Origin: a bacterium
GTDB lineage: Bacteria > UBA8248
Assembly (NCBI GenBank): GCA_965213625.1
Contig: CBDBZU010000004.1
Coordinates: 1,312,001 to 1,376,000 of the forward strand
Reading direction: 5' to 3'
Length of the DNA: 64,000 nucleotides
The position numbers and the translations under genes are program-made. The notes under the pieces were generated by a model. That model did not search any database. It saw nothing but the letters and a program-made list of their open reading frames with translations, and was not told where the DNA came from. This document shows positions 31,595 through 41,771 of this stretch, in pieces; positions within the stretch are counted from its first letter, which is position 1; every line of letters begins with the position of its first letter.

Positions 31595-31855
31595 GCAGGA
31601 AGTTTGTGCTGCTACGTGAGATTCGAGGAAAACTTCTTTTTCAAGTTCGAATGCTCGGATGATTATACCGGCGACGTGACGATCACATTTGACGTATCGG
31701 AGCCGGGCGGCAATACAACGAAAAAAACTGTTTCATTCACCTGCAACTGAGATTGGGCGCGGTTCATCAATCCTTCCTTGAGGGTCAAACCCGACCGATG
31801 AGGTCAGTTCCGACTGAAAAAAGGAGGAACTGCGTTTGTGCTCGCTCCCAAGGCC

Positions 31856-32092
31856 GGGTTGTTGACCTCCCCAACCGAGAGTGTTCACCGTCATTCCGGT
31901 GTCAATTCCGACCAAGGCGGGAGGGAAGCCGGAATCCATTTTACGCCTTTTGCTTTTTGTCAGGGTTCCCACGCATCGGCGGGAGATGAAATGACGCCGT
32001 TCTTTCACCCGCATCCGCAAATGGATTCCGGCTTTTCGCCGGAATGACGGCAGTACCCAATACCGAGCGAGGGGGGGCTTTTTCAACAACCC
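31856..32092. mobile_element. MITE-like element with IS1182-like ends enclosing a REP-like doublet
   Basis: 10-bp inverted ends GGGTTGTTGA / TCAACAACCC; inside are CGTCATTCCGG...GCCGGAATCCA and TGGATTCCGGCTTTTCGCCGGAATGACG. Confidence 0.6.
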
Positions 32093-32361
32093 TAAGAGAG
32101 GGGAGTGAGCTTTACAACCCACAAGTGAAGAGTCGTTATGAAGAACGCTCCTCCTCCGGGACTTTCGACATCGCCTTCTTATTCTCGGCAATCCACGCTT
32201 CGGCTTCTTCAGCGGTGTAGGCTCCGGTGACGGCTCTGCTGTTTTTCGACCAAACCATGACCGGAACCCGGTGCTTCGTTCCAGCATCTCGCGTAGTTCA
32301 AGAGTGAAATCCACCAGGAGACGATGGTAGAGTAGGCCATGATCGAGAGGGAGGCGCGTCT

Positions 32362-33720
32362 ATGCCGAGAAGAGTCGCCATAATCGGTGCGGGAGTTTCA
32401 GGACTGGGGGCGGCCTGGACGCTGAACCGCCACCCCGACAGATTCGATTTCAGGCTCTTTGAGGCGCAGTCCCAGGTGGGCGGCAACGCCGTCACCGCCG
32501 ACATGCCGCAAGACGACGGCGCCTCGATTCCCTTCGATATTTCCGTCACCGCCTGCATCCCCTCGGTATACCACCACATTCTTCTTCTGATGCGGCAATA
32601 CGGGGTCGAGCTTGTCGATACCCGGTTCAGCTACAGTGTGAAGTATCGAGGCGGTGTTTATGCGCACGATTTTGACTCCGACATCAGGCGGCAGCTTCAA
32701 CCGGAAATCGAGAAATTCCAGAAACTGTTAAAACGCCTCAAGTGGTTCGGCGCTCTCAGCCGCTCGCGCTCCAGGTTCCTGGCCGCCCTGAACCCGTTCA
32801 ACTACGTGAGCATGGGCGCGGTTCTGAACCTGGGCAAATTTTCAGGCGATTTCATGTACAAGATCCTGAAGCCCATGTTCGTCAACTTCCTGATGGCCAC
32901 GAATGTGTTCGATATGCCCGCGTCCCTGTTTTCGAGGTACCTGGAGTTCTTCGACATAGAATCAGCCACGCCCATGCAAACCTGGGGCGGCTGTACGCGC
33001 CGCATCTACGAGGAACTTTCAGCGGACTTCCAAGAGAAGATTTACCTCGAGCGGCCGGTCCGAAAGGTGTATAGAAGTTCATCCGAAGTCGTCGTGGAGG
33101 ATGAAGAGGGGAAAACGGAGAAGTTCGATGACGTCGTTTTCGCGTGCAACGCGAACCAGACGCTGATGATGCTGGATGCGCCGACGCGCTTCGAGAACTG
33201 GCTCCTCTCCTCGATAAGGTATGAGAGCGAACTGCACAATCACACGATCGTTCATTCGGACGCTTCGGTGCTGCCGGAGAGCGACGTCAAGGCGCTCGAA
33301 ACCCGGAGCAACCACATCGAGCAGTACAGCGTGCGGCCCGACAACTACGAGATTACCTACATCATGCACAACCAGCAGCCCTGGGCGAAGCGCTCGGACA
33401 AGCCGTGCCTGGTGACCTACAATCCCATCAGTCCTATTGATGAGAGGAAGATCGTCAAGAAGTGGTGGTTCCAGCACATCGTGCACGACGTGCCGCACGT
33501 GGCCTTGCTCATGCCGATGTTCCGCTTCGCTCAGGGCAGGAGGCGGACTTGGCACTGCGGTGCCCACACGCTCATCAACAGCCAGGAGACCTGTTTCGTG
33601 ACAGGCCTCGCCGCGGCAAGACAATTGGGAGCGGACTATCCGTTTCAAGATATTGAGGCGAGGAAGTGGTTCAACTTCTACGGGCGCACGATGTACGGCC
33701 GGCGTTTCAAGAAGGCGTGA
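32362..33720 (+). CDS. FAD-dependent oxidoreductase (COG2907/amine-oxidase-like)
   Basis: VAIIGAGVSGLGAA Rossmann motif, FEAQSQVGGNA, HSDASVLP, QGRRRTWHCGA. Confidence 0.85.
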   Translation: MPRRVAIIGAGVSGLGAAWTLNRHPDRFDFRLFEAQSQVGGNAVTADMPQDDGASIPFDISVTACIPSVYHHILLLMRQYGVELVDTRFSYSVKYRGGVYAHDFDSDIRRQLQPEIEKFQKLLKRLKWFGALSRSRSRFLAALNPFNYVSMGAVLNLGKFSGDFMYKILKPMFVNFLMATNVFDMPASLFSRYLEFFDIESATPMQTWGGCTRRIYEELSADFQEKIYLERPVRKVYRSSSEVVVEDEEGKTEKFDDVVFACNANQTLMMLDAPTRFENWLLSSIRYESELHNHTIVHSDASVLPESDVKALETRSNHIEQYSVRPDNYEITYIMHNQQPWAKRSDKPCLVTYNPISPIDERKIVKKWWFQHIVHDVPHVALLMPMFRFAQGRRRTWHCGAHTLINSQETCFVTGLAAARQLGADYPFQDIEARKWFNFYGRTMYGRRFKKA

Positions 33721-34057
33721 ACCGGGGCTTTCTTTGCGCGGATGAGTTGGCGAAGATTGGCGCGGCAACCTTGGGCGAGGCCGCCGATAGCGTTGCGGTG
33801 GCCATCGTGCGCGAGCCGGTATTACAATCATCCCGAATTCCTTGCTGATAGAGAGCAGCCATGGTCTGGTCGCGTAGTGCAGCGATTAAGATTTTCGTGA
33901 ACGGACGCGGGCAAGGAACAATTTTAAAATGGCAGGTCCGGTTTTGAGAAGAATTATCATCCGCAAACTGATAGGATATAATCATGGAAGGACGCGACAC
34001 GTATTGCTTTCTGCATCTGCCGACTCTGCTGATGGCACTCAAACGGAGGAAACTATA

Positions 34058-34873
34058 ATGCGCGCTCGTCTCGCCCGCACTGTATTCTTGCTTCTCGTAA
34101 TCTGCACGTACGCTCTGGCTCATCTCTCCACCGTGCCGCATGCGGAGAGCGCGACGCCCGAGGAGAAGGGTCTCCAGATCGCGCGCGAAACCCGCGAGAA
34201 AGCCAAAGGTTTCGGGAATTTCACGGCCGAGCAGAGCATGGTGCTTCGCAACAAGCACGGCCAGGAGAGCCGGCGTCAGCTCCGCGTGAAGGTTCTCGAG
34301 ACGGACGGAGGCGGCAACAAGAGCCTGTTCGTCTTCGATCGTCCGCGCGACGTGAGGGGCACTGCGCTGCTCGTTCACACCCATAAGAAGAAGAACGACG
34401 ACCAATGGCTCTACCTGCCCGCTCTCAAGCGGGTAAAGCGCATCAGTTCGTCGAACCAGTCGGGCTCGTTCATGGGCAGTGAATTCGCCTATGAGGACAT
34501 GGGTACGCAGGAGGTGGAGAAATATACCTACCGCTACTTGCGCGATGAGCCTTGCGGAAAGCTGACCTGCACGGTTGTCGAGCGCTTCCCGACGAGCAGG
34601 AGGTCGGGCTACAGGCGTCAAATCGTCTGGCAGGACAAGAGCGAGCTGCGCGCCTGGAAGGTGCAGTACTACGACCGGAAAAACTCACATTTAAAGACGC
34701 TCACACTGGGTAAATTCAAGAAGTATCTGGGTAAGTACTGGCAGGCCGGCGAAATGACGATGGTGAACCACCTGACGGGAAAGAGCACCGTTCTTAGCTG
34801 GAAGGATTACAAGTTCCGCACCAACCTCAAAGAGCGAGACTTCACCCGGACCGGGCTGAAACGGGTGCGCTGA
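34058..34873 (+). CDS. Outer-membrane lipoprotein-sorting (LolA-like) periplasmic protein
   Basis: Signal peptide; PRDVRGTALL, DDQWLYLPALKRVKRISS..SGSFMGSEFAYEDM; GGAGG RBS. Confidence 0.85.
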   Translation: MRARLARTVFLLLVICTYALAHLSTVPHAESATPEEKGLQIARETREKAKGFGNFTAEQSMVLRNKHGQESRRQLRVKVLETDGGGNKSLFVFDRPRDVRGTALLVHTHKKKNDDQWLYLPALKRVKRISSSNQSGSFMGSEFAYEDMGTQEVEKYTYRYLRDEPCGKLTCTVVERFPTSRRSGYRRQIVWQDKSELRAWKVQYYDRKNSHLKTLTLGKFKKYLGKYWQAGEMTMVNHLTGKSTVLSWKDYKFRTNLKERDFTRTGLKRVR

Positions 34874-36129
34874 TGCCGCTGCGCGCCGCATTTTTCCGCG
34901 CGGTACTCGCCGCTGTCACGATATGGGCCGTACTCATCTTCGCCGGGGCGAGCCACGGGGCCGAAAGCATTGAGCACGAGTTTTCCGGCAGCCTGGACAT
35001 CGATGGCCGGTGGTATCCCCAACTCCAAGCCCATCCCGAACAGCGCACACACGCGAGCGGTTTGGCCGTCGAACCGAAACTCCATTTCAGGGGCGAGGGC
35101 GACTGGAGTTTCACGCTCGCGCCGTTTTTCCGCTACGACGGCGCGGACTCGCGCCGAACCCACGCCGACCTGCGCGAAGCCTACCTTCTGGTGTTCGGTG
35201 AAGCCGGCGAGGGGGAATGGGAGCTACGGCTGGGCGTGGACCGCGTGTTCTGGGGCGTCACCGAGTCGCAGCACCTGGTCGACATCATCAACCAGACCGA
35301 TCTCGTCGAACATCCGAACAAGGAAACAAAGCTGGGCCAGCCCATGGCCCACCTCACATTGTCGGCGGAGTGGGGCATCCTGGAGTTTTTCGCCCTCACC
35401 TATCACCGGGCGCGCACCTTCCCGGGCCTTCATGGCCGCCTGCGCTCCTCGATTCTCATAGACGATGAGCACGTCTCATACAAAAGCGCCGCCCAGGAGT
35501 GGCGCGTGGACCTCGCCGCCCGCTACAGCCACAGCTTCGGGCCGTTTGATTTGGGTGTCAGCGTATTCGACGGGACCAGCCGGGAGCCTTATATCATGCC
35601 GCACCTGGACTCTCTCGGCAGGCTGAGCCTGCGGCAGCACTATGAGAAAATTCGCCAGGTCAGCGTGGACGCCCAGCTCACAATCGAGTCGTGGCTGTTC
35701 AAGCTGGAAGCCCTTCAGCGCGAAGGCGCGCGAAACCTCCAGGGCGTGAAAGAGGACTTCGCCGCTTTCGTCGTCGGGGGTGAATACACCTTCAACTCCG
35801 TTTTCGGCTCGGCCGCCGACCTCGGCCTGCTAGCCGAATGGAATTACGACGAGCGGCGCGAGCGCTCGAACTCCGAGTTCCAGAACGACTTCTTCTTCGC
35901 CGTTCGCCTCGGGCTCAACGACGCCCAGAGCACGGAGCTTATCGCCGGCGTTCTGGCGGACGCGGACCACACCACGCGCACCATGAGCATCGAATTGAGA
36001 CGGCGCCTTTCGGATCAGTGGTCCATGAAGCTGGAATCGATCATTCTCATGGACGTCGACGAAGAAGACATCATCCATGACACGAGGCGGGACAGCTTCG
36101 TGGCCCTGAACGTGACGTATAATTTCTAG
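34873..36129 (+). CDS. Outer-membrane beta-barrel protein
   Basis: Signal peptide, DLREAY, VFWGVTES..DIINQTD, terminal VTYNF barrel signal; translationally coupled to the LolA-like gene. Confidence 0.75.
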   Translation: MPLRAAFFRAVLAAVTIWAVLIFAGASHGAESIEHEFSGSLDIDGRWYPQLQAHPEQRTHASGLAVEPKLHFRGEGDWSFTLAPFFRYDGADSRRTHADLREAYLLVFGEAGEGEWELRLGVDRVFWGVTESQHLVDIINQTDLVEHPNKETKLGQPMAHLTLSAEWGILEFFALTYHRARTFPGLHGRLRSSILIDDEHVSYKSAAQEWRVDLAARYSHSFGPFDLGVSVFDGTSREPYIMPHLDSLGRLSLRQHYEKIRQVSVDAQLTIESWLFKLEALQREGARNLQGVKEDFAAFVVGGEYTFNSVFGSAADLGLLAEWNYDERRERSNSEFQNDFFFAVRLGLNDAQSTELIAGVLADADHTTRTMSIELRRRLSDQWSMKLESIILMDVDEEDIIHDTRRDSFVALNVTYNF

Positions 36130-36164
36130 ATCAAATTCTTTTCGTCTGCGTAACCGATAGAGTC

Positions 36165-36545
36165 GGGGTTTTTTAAAAATCCCTCTCCGCCTCATCCTGA
36201 GTAGCGGTGAAGCCGCGTATCGAAGGATGCCCTCTCGCCCGGGGTGAGGTGTTCGGAGCCCCTCGCCCCTCGAAAGGCTCAGGACGGGCCCCTTTGGTAC
36301 GCCGCCTTCGGCGGCTACTCAGGATGAGGAAAGAGGGGCAGGCGGTTTGCGAACTACCCCGTTAAGAGGGGAACAGGGGGGTTGGTTTAGTAGGGACAGG
36401 TCGCGACCCCGACCAGGCGCGGGGGCCTGTCCGGCTACGGCGGTGTCCCTCGATACGGCATTGGCGGGCCTACTCGAGATGAGGAAGTTTTTTGTTTTCC
36501 TCACCCTGAGTAGTCATGAGCCTGTAGAAGGACGCATCGAAGGAC
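36165..36545. repeat. Cluster of REP-like palindromes between convergent genes
   Basis: Several CTCATCCTGAGTAG/CTACTCAGGATGAG units plus GTAGGGACAGGTCGCGACC (also at 52052). Confidence 0.65.
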
Positions 36546-36599
36546 CGTCTTCAGCGGGGCGCATGTATACGCGGGGAACGCCGCGCCGGCCGTTGCCGG

Positions 36600-38633
36600 T
36601 CAGGAAGTGAGGGCGACTGCCCGGTGGTCACTTGCCGCCCGATCAGATGAGAAGATCGGGCGCTTCGACTTGATTCGGAGCTTGAGGCTCTTGCGAGGGG
36701 TGCAGGTCGGAAACGGGTTTATCTTGACCGGGTAGCTCGATGGCAGCACTTCAAGCTCGAAGTAGTAGGCGATCATCAAAAGATTGATCGTCATTTGATA
36801 TTCCGCCACCCTCGGGCCGAGGCAGGTGTGCGTACCGAAACCGAATGCCCCGAACGCGCCGGGTTTCTTGTGCTCCTCGCGCCCGGAAAGATACCGGTCG
36901 ATGTCGAACTTCTCCGGATCCGGATAGTTCTCCTCCATGTAGTGAACGGCAGTGGACGCCAGCACGACGCGGGCATCGATGGGTAGTTCATAGCCCTCCA
37001 CGATGCAGCTGTTCATGACGGTTCTCAGCTGCAACGGTACGCTGGGATAGATCCGGAGGGTTTCTAGAATCAGCCGGTGGGCGGTGTCGATGTTCTCCTC
37101 CTTCAAGTCCTCAGGTCCCGGGTCTCCGTTCGCGAACAGCGCCTCGGCTTCCCTGCGCACACGCTGAAAGACATCCGGATGGGAGACCATCAAATAGAGC
37201 CCGAACGCGACGGCGGTGCCCATATACATGGCTGCGACGAACGGGATGATCATCATGAACCTGGTATCGGTATCCGGGAAGTACTGTGGGTCGCTGGTGT
37301 GCAGGCTGAGCAGGTCGTCGATCAGGTCGCGGGGTTGGTTTTCGCGCTGCGCAGGGGTGTGCGAGTTGCGGATCATGGAATAGACGTGGTCGATGCGCTG
37401 TCGGATGGCCTTCATCCGAGGCGTTCGCATGAAGAACTTCGGCAAAATCTTCTGGGCGTAGGTGATCAACATGCGGTTCTTGTATTTGTGGATGTCGTCC
37501 ACGTATTCTGAAAAATCCATACTGAACAGGAGCCGGGATACCTGGCCGGACATCAGAGTGCGGGTTGCGTCCTTGGCGACGAGCACGTCGCCCACGTTCC
37601 ACGAATCAAGCGCCAGCCGCATCTCTTCGAACAGGTCTCCGAGACGGTTGTTCAGGCGGCTCCGGGAGGAGGCCATCTGGAACGCCTTGCGCATGCGGAA
37701 ATGTTCGGCCCCGTCCATGCCCGGCAGGCTTCTCGATGCGCCGAGTACCTTCTCCATACCCTCCATGGTTTCCTTTGAACGCAAGTGCATCCGACCGTTC
37801 CGGTTTACCCAGATGTTGGCATCGTTCCCGGCGATGATGAAAACTCTCTTCTTGGAAAGGGGAGACTTGATTGCGAAAACGGGACCATAGTCGCGGTAAA
37901 GATCGGCCAGCAGTTTGGACGTATTCCCTTGCCAAAGCGAATCTTTGCGGAGCATTTTCCACAAGCTTACGTTGGGAATGGGTTTTGTCGCTATCGCGAT
38001 AGAGCGACTGACCGATGTCTCCACGACGGCGGCGGCGACGGAGCGGCTGATGCGGTCCAGCATGCCCAGCAGTTCGATTCGCTCGCGCGAAGCCTCGTAG
38101 TCTGCCGGCTGCAGAAGAAACCGGAACGCGTCGCAGGAATTGGCAAGTCCGATGATAATTGCGTCACGGGGGTCGGGTATGCCGTCTCCCAGGATCGTCT
38201 CGATGATTCGCCGACGTACGATTGCCCGAGACTCGCCGCTGGACATACCGTTGTCCGCTATAGCCGCGTTTCGCGAAAGAGACCAGAAGCCGCCGTTCGT
38301 ATAGTCCAGGATCCCGTTTTTCGACAACCGTCCGAGAGCATGATGCAGGATATCGTCCGACGTAGCGGCGATTTTCTCGACCCAGTAATTTATGCTGCGT
38401 GGCTCCGGATCGGCGGCAATTGCCGCCAGCACGGGGTCGAGAATATCGTCTCCCACGGGTGTGGAATCGTCCAGCGCAAACGTCTCGTGCGCGGTGTCGA
38501 GACGGGACTCGAGGTCAAGGTCCGCCAGCACGGCGCCTGCCATAACGCACGAGAGATTCCAGCCCGCAACCTGTTCGAGATAGCCGCTCTCTTCGTTCAG
38601 CAAGAGAAGCAGGAGCTCGTCAATTAGTTTCAT
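36600..38633 (-). CDS. Cytochrome P450 with N-terminal GPP34/GOLPH3-like domain
   Basis: C-terminal FGFGTHTCLG heme motif, ETLR, PEKFDIDRY; N-terminal ~200 aa LIDELLLLLLNEESG...AGAVLADL...TPVGDDILD resembles the GPP34 family. Confidence 0.85.
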   Translation of the reverse strand: MKLIDELLLLLLNEESGYLEQVAGWNLSCVMAGAVLADLDLESRLDTAHETFALDDSTPVGDDILDPVLAAIAADPEPRSINYWVEKIAATSDDILHHALGRLSKNGILDYTNGGFWSLSRNAAIADNGMSSGESRAIVRRRIIETILGDGIPDPRDAIIIGLANSCDAFRFLLQPADYEASRERIELLGMLDRISRSVAAAVVETSVSRSIAIATKPIPNVSLWKMLRKDSLWQGNTSKLLADLYRDYGPVFAIKSPLSKKRVFIIAGNDANIWVNRNGRMHLRSKETMEGMEKVLGASRSLPGMDGAEHFRMRKAFQMASSRSRLNNRLGDLFEEMRLALDSWNVGDVLVAKDATRTLMSGQVSRLLFSMDFSEYVDDIHKYKNRMLITYAQKILPKFFMRTPRMKAIRQRIDHVYSMIRNSHTPAQRENQPRDLIDDLLSLHTSDPQYFPDTDTRFMMIIPFVAAMYMGTAVAFGLYLMVSHPDVFQRVRREAEALFANGDPGPEDLKEENIDTAHRLILETLRIYPSVPLQLRTVMNSCIVEGYELPIDARVVLASTAVHYMEENYPDPEKFDIDRYLSGREEHKKPGAFGAFGFGTHTCLGPRVAEYQMTINLLMIAYYFELEVLPSSYPVKINPFPTCTPRKSLKLRIKSKRPIFSSDRAASDHRAVALTS

Positions 38634-38822
38634 TGGACTACGTGCCCCAAAAATGGTGTAGGAGCATTATGCTCCACGTTGCTTCCAATACCAGGATTGC
38701 GTCGCTCGAACCACCACGGCAGGGAGCCGACGAAGTCATTATGGCCTAGTAAAACGATTGATATCAAGTATTTTGTCCCGTATCGGGTTCTCAGGATTGC
38801 CGTCAGCCGTATGAGGCCCCGT

Positions 38823-39563
38823 TTATCCGCCGTCAGGATCCGCCAGACGCTCGACCGCTTTTTTGTGAACAAGCCGCTCAAATGCGTCTTTCGGCGGCAA
38901 TCTTATCGCGCGCTCGAGTAGATTGCGCGCCTTCGCGCGGTTCTTTTCGGCATCCAGGCTCAGAAGGCCGAGCGCGTACTCGTATAAGGCCACCTTGTCC
39001 CGAGGCGTCAATTCGAGCGCCCGTTCGAAATGGACGAGTGCTTTCTCTTCGTCCGCCCCGTAGAGCAGACCGGCGAAGAATCCGCCTGCGCCGACGGCGC
39101 CCGCATGCCAGGCGGCCAGGCTTACATGGGCGGCCGCCATATTCGGCTCCAGCCGAAGCGCCTCCTCGATGGCATCGCGCACTATACCGGCGTAGCCTTC
39201 CTTGAGCGCCTGAAGCGTCCCGACCACCTGCGCCTGGCGGCCCATGGCGTGGGCTAGTTGGAGATGGGCCTCGGGGTTGACCGCGTCGAGCTTTATGGCT
39301 TCTCGTGCGGACTCCTCGGCCCGCTCGAACAAGCCCGCCTTTTCGCCTTTCGGCGCAAGGTAGTAGCCGTATATCGCCAGTGAATCGGCGGCCAATGCAT
39401 GGCCTTTGGATGTGCCGAGCGTCCGGGCGAGAGAGGCGGCCTCCATGAAGCGGCCCTCGGCGTATGCGGCGCGGGCTTCTTCTATCGACTGTGCGCATGC
39501 AGTTCCCGCCGGATCGAACGAGCACGAAATCATCAGGCACACGAGGATTATGATTTTACGCAT
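38823..39563 (-). CDS. Secreted TPR-repeat protein
   Basis: MRKIIILVCL signal; helical repeats EAIKLDAVNPEAHL, EALRLEPN, YGADEEKALVHFERALELTP. Confidence 0.65.
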   Translation of the reverse strand: MRKIIILVCLMISCSFDPAGTACAQSIEEARAAYAEGRFMEAASLARTLGTSKGHALAADSLAIYGYYLAPKGEKAGLFERAEESAREAIKLDAVNPEAHLQLAHAMGRQAQVVGTLQALKEGYAGIVRDAIEEALRLEPNMAAAHVSLAAWHAGAVGAGGFFAGLLYGADEEKALVHFERALELTPRDKVALYEYALGLLSLDAEKNRAKARNLLERAIRLPPKDAFERLVHKKAVERLADPDGG

Positions 39564-39667
39564 ACCGCGTATCCCGGGGATCGGCGGATTCCATGACCGT
39601 TTCGGTTGGAAAGGGGGTTTCTTGAGCATTGCGAGAGGCGTTCGTTTCGCCAAGAAGCCGCCTGCCC

Positions 39668-40690
39668 CTAATCCGGCTTGCGGGCGAGAATGAAATACAT
39701 TGGGGTGAAAATGCCGAGGCGGCCCGTTTCGGCGAATACTTCGGCGGCGAGGTTCAGCAGGCTCGATACCCTGGTCGTCCCGCGCGGCACGATTCTCAGG
39801 AGTTCGAGAAACCATAGCGTGCTGTGCGTCAGCCGACGCCCGACGGCCGAGGAGCGGAAGCTAGCCAGGGACAGACCGGAGCCGACCAGCGGTTGATACC
39901 AGGGAATGCCGGGCGGCGCCTCGGCGGCGAGGTCGCACGATTCGAGCAACTCAAAACCTGCCTGACGCACTGCTTCTTCGATTTCCCGAGGCCGGGCGAT
40001 AAACGGCAGGCCGCCGCTATGCTCCATATCGGCCTTGAGCTTCAGCATTTTGGCATCTTGCGCATCGAAAAGGTCGGTCATGCAGTATTCGTAAACCCCC
40101 AAAAGAGCGCCGGGCTTGAGTACACGAAACGCCTCGGCATAGACACCGGCCTTGTCCGGCGCGCAGCAGGTCGCCTCGATAGAATAGGCGGCGTCGAAGC
40201 TGCCCTCCTGCGCATCCAACTGCATGAAATCGCATTCGATAAAATCGGCCAGATGGCTCAAGCCCGCCGCTTTGGTCCGTTTCGCGGCCCGTTCAATGTG
40301 CATCGCATTGTTGGTGATACCGGTAATCCGGGCACCGGAAAAACGGGCAATTTCGATCAGAGGCCCGCCTACGCCGCAACCCAGGTCGACCGCCTCCATG
40401 CCGGGCTTAAGATTCAGCCTGTGAGTGATGTAATGCTCATGGCGCGCGAGCGAGGCGGCGAAGCTCTCTCCTTCGACACGCGGCGCGAAATGGAATGAGT
40501 GTCCCCATCCGTACTCGTAGAAATCGGTGACCAAGTCGTAATAGTTGTTCGCGAAGTTCAGGTAATCAGTCTTGCGCTCGTCCAGGCCGCCGCGCTCGGC
40601 GCCTCCGTAGCGCCGGTCGTACTCCTGCGCGCTAACTTCGACACGGTCACCGGATTTTGCGTCTTTCAGGATATCAGTGAGCTTGGGCAT
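39668..40690 (-). CDS. Sterol C24-methyltransferase-like (ERG6/SMT family), copy A
   Basis: YYDLVTDFYEYGWGHSFHF, DLGCGVGGP, YSIEATCCAP, LKPG..VYEY, GIFTPMYFILARKP. Confidence 0.9.
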   Translation of the reverse strand: MPKLTDILKDAKSGDRVEVSAQEYDRRYGGAERGGLDERKTDYLNFANNYYDLVTDFYEYGWGHSFHFAPRVEGESFAASLARHEHYITHRLNLKPGMEAVDLGCGVGGPLIEIARFSGARITGITNNAMHIERAAKRTKAAGLSHLADFIECDFMQLDAQEGSFDAAYSIEATCCAPDKAGVYAEAFRVLKPGALLGVYEYCMTDLFDAQDAKMLKLKADMEHSGGLPFIARPREIEEAVRQAGFELLESCDLAAEAPPGIPWYQPLVGSGLSLASFRSSAVGRRLTHSTLWFLELLRIVPRGTTRVSSLLNLAAEVFAETGRLGIFTPMYFILARKPD

Positions 40691-40745
40691 TATTACGATG
40701 CCTTTATCGTAAGTAACTATCGTTTTGCAAAAAAGTCGCCAGCCC

Positions 40746-41771
40746 CTAATCCGGCTTGCGGGCGAGTATGAAATACATCGGGCTGAAGATGCCGAGCCGA
40801 CCGGCTTCGGCCATGGCGACGGCAGTACGGTTCAGCAGGCTCGAAACATGGGTCGTCCCGTGAGGCACGATTCTCAAGCGTTCGAGTAGCCATAGCATAT
40901 TGTGGGTCAATCGGCGTCCGACTGCCGAGGCGCGGAAGGTGGTGAAGGAAAGGCCGGAGCCGACAAGCGGCTGGTACCAGGGGATGCCGGGCGGTGCGTC
41001 GGCCTCCATGTCGCGCGCTTCGAGCAGTTCGAAGCCGACCTGTCGCAGAGCGTCGTCGACTTCGTGTGGCCGGGCGATATTCGGCATGGCGTTGCCATAT
41101 TCTACATCGGCTTTGATCTGCCGATGATCGGAATTTTCAGCGTCGAACCTATCGGTCATACACCATTCGTATGCCGCGAGAAATTTCCCGGGCTTGAGCA
41201 AGCGGAAAGCTTCGCCATATATAGCGACTTTATTGGGTGCACAGCAGGTCGACTCGACGGAGTAAATCGCGTCGAAGTAGTTGTCCGGCGCGTCGACATC
41301 CATGAAATCGCATTTCAGATATTCGGCCAGATGGCTCAGATGTTCGGCTTCAGTCAGCTCTGCGGCGCGCTTCAACTGGTATGCGTTGTTATTAACGCCG
41401 ACGATTTTTGCGCCGGAAAAGCGGGCGATCTCGCACAATGGACCGCCGACGCCGCAACCCAGATCGGCTACCACCATACCGGGCCGTAGGCCCAGCCTGT
41501 GGGCGATGTAATGTTCATGGCGCGCGAGCGAAGCGGCGAAGCCCTCCCCATCGTAACGCGGCGCGAAGTGAAAGGACTTGCCCCAGCCATACTCAAATAA
41601 GTCTGTAACCAGATCGTAATAAGTGTTCTCGTAATTCTGGTAGTCGGCCTTGCGCTCATTCCGGCCGTCGCTCTCCATGTCGCTGAAGCGGCGCTCCCAC
41701 TCCTGGATGCGCGAGGCGACGTCGTCGCCGGATTTCGCGTCTTTCAGTATCTCCGTGAGCTTGGGCTTCAC
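40746..41771 (-). CDS. Sterol C24-methyltransferase-like, copy B
   Basis: TDLFEYGWGKSFHF, DLGCGVGGP, YSVESTCCAP, AYEW, GIFSPMYFILARKP; GTG start overlaps the MMPL stop (GTGA). Confidence 0.9.
   Translation of the reverse strand: MKPKLTEILKDAKSGDDVASRIQEWERRFSDMESDGRNERKADYQNYENTYYDLVTDLFEYGWGKSFHFAPRYDGEGFAASLARHEHYIAHRLGLRPGMVVADLGCGVGGPLCEIARFSGAKIVGVNNNAYQLKRAAELTEAEHLSHLAEYLKCDFMDVDAPDNYFDAIYSVESTCCAPNKVAIYGEAFRLLKPGKFLAAYEWCMTDRFDAENSDHRQIKADVEYGNAMPNIARPHEVDDALRQVGFELLEARDMEADAPPGIPWYQPLVGSGLSFTTFRASAVGRRLTHNMLWLLERLRIVPHGTTHVSSLLNRTAVAMAEAGRLGIFSPMYFILARKPD

Noticed and set aside
31733-32314. 193-aa ORF on the - strand
   Set aside because: Runs through the MITE/REP mosaic and shows no recognisable protein motif.
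36165-36545. CRISPR array
   Set aside because: Repeats are degenerate, in both orientations and irregularly spaced, with no cas genes; REP-like instead.
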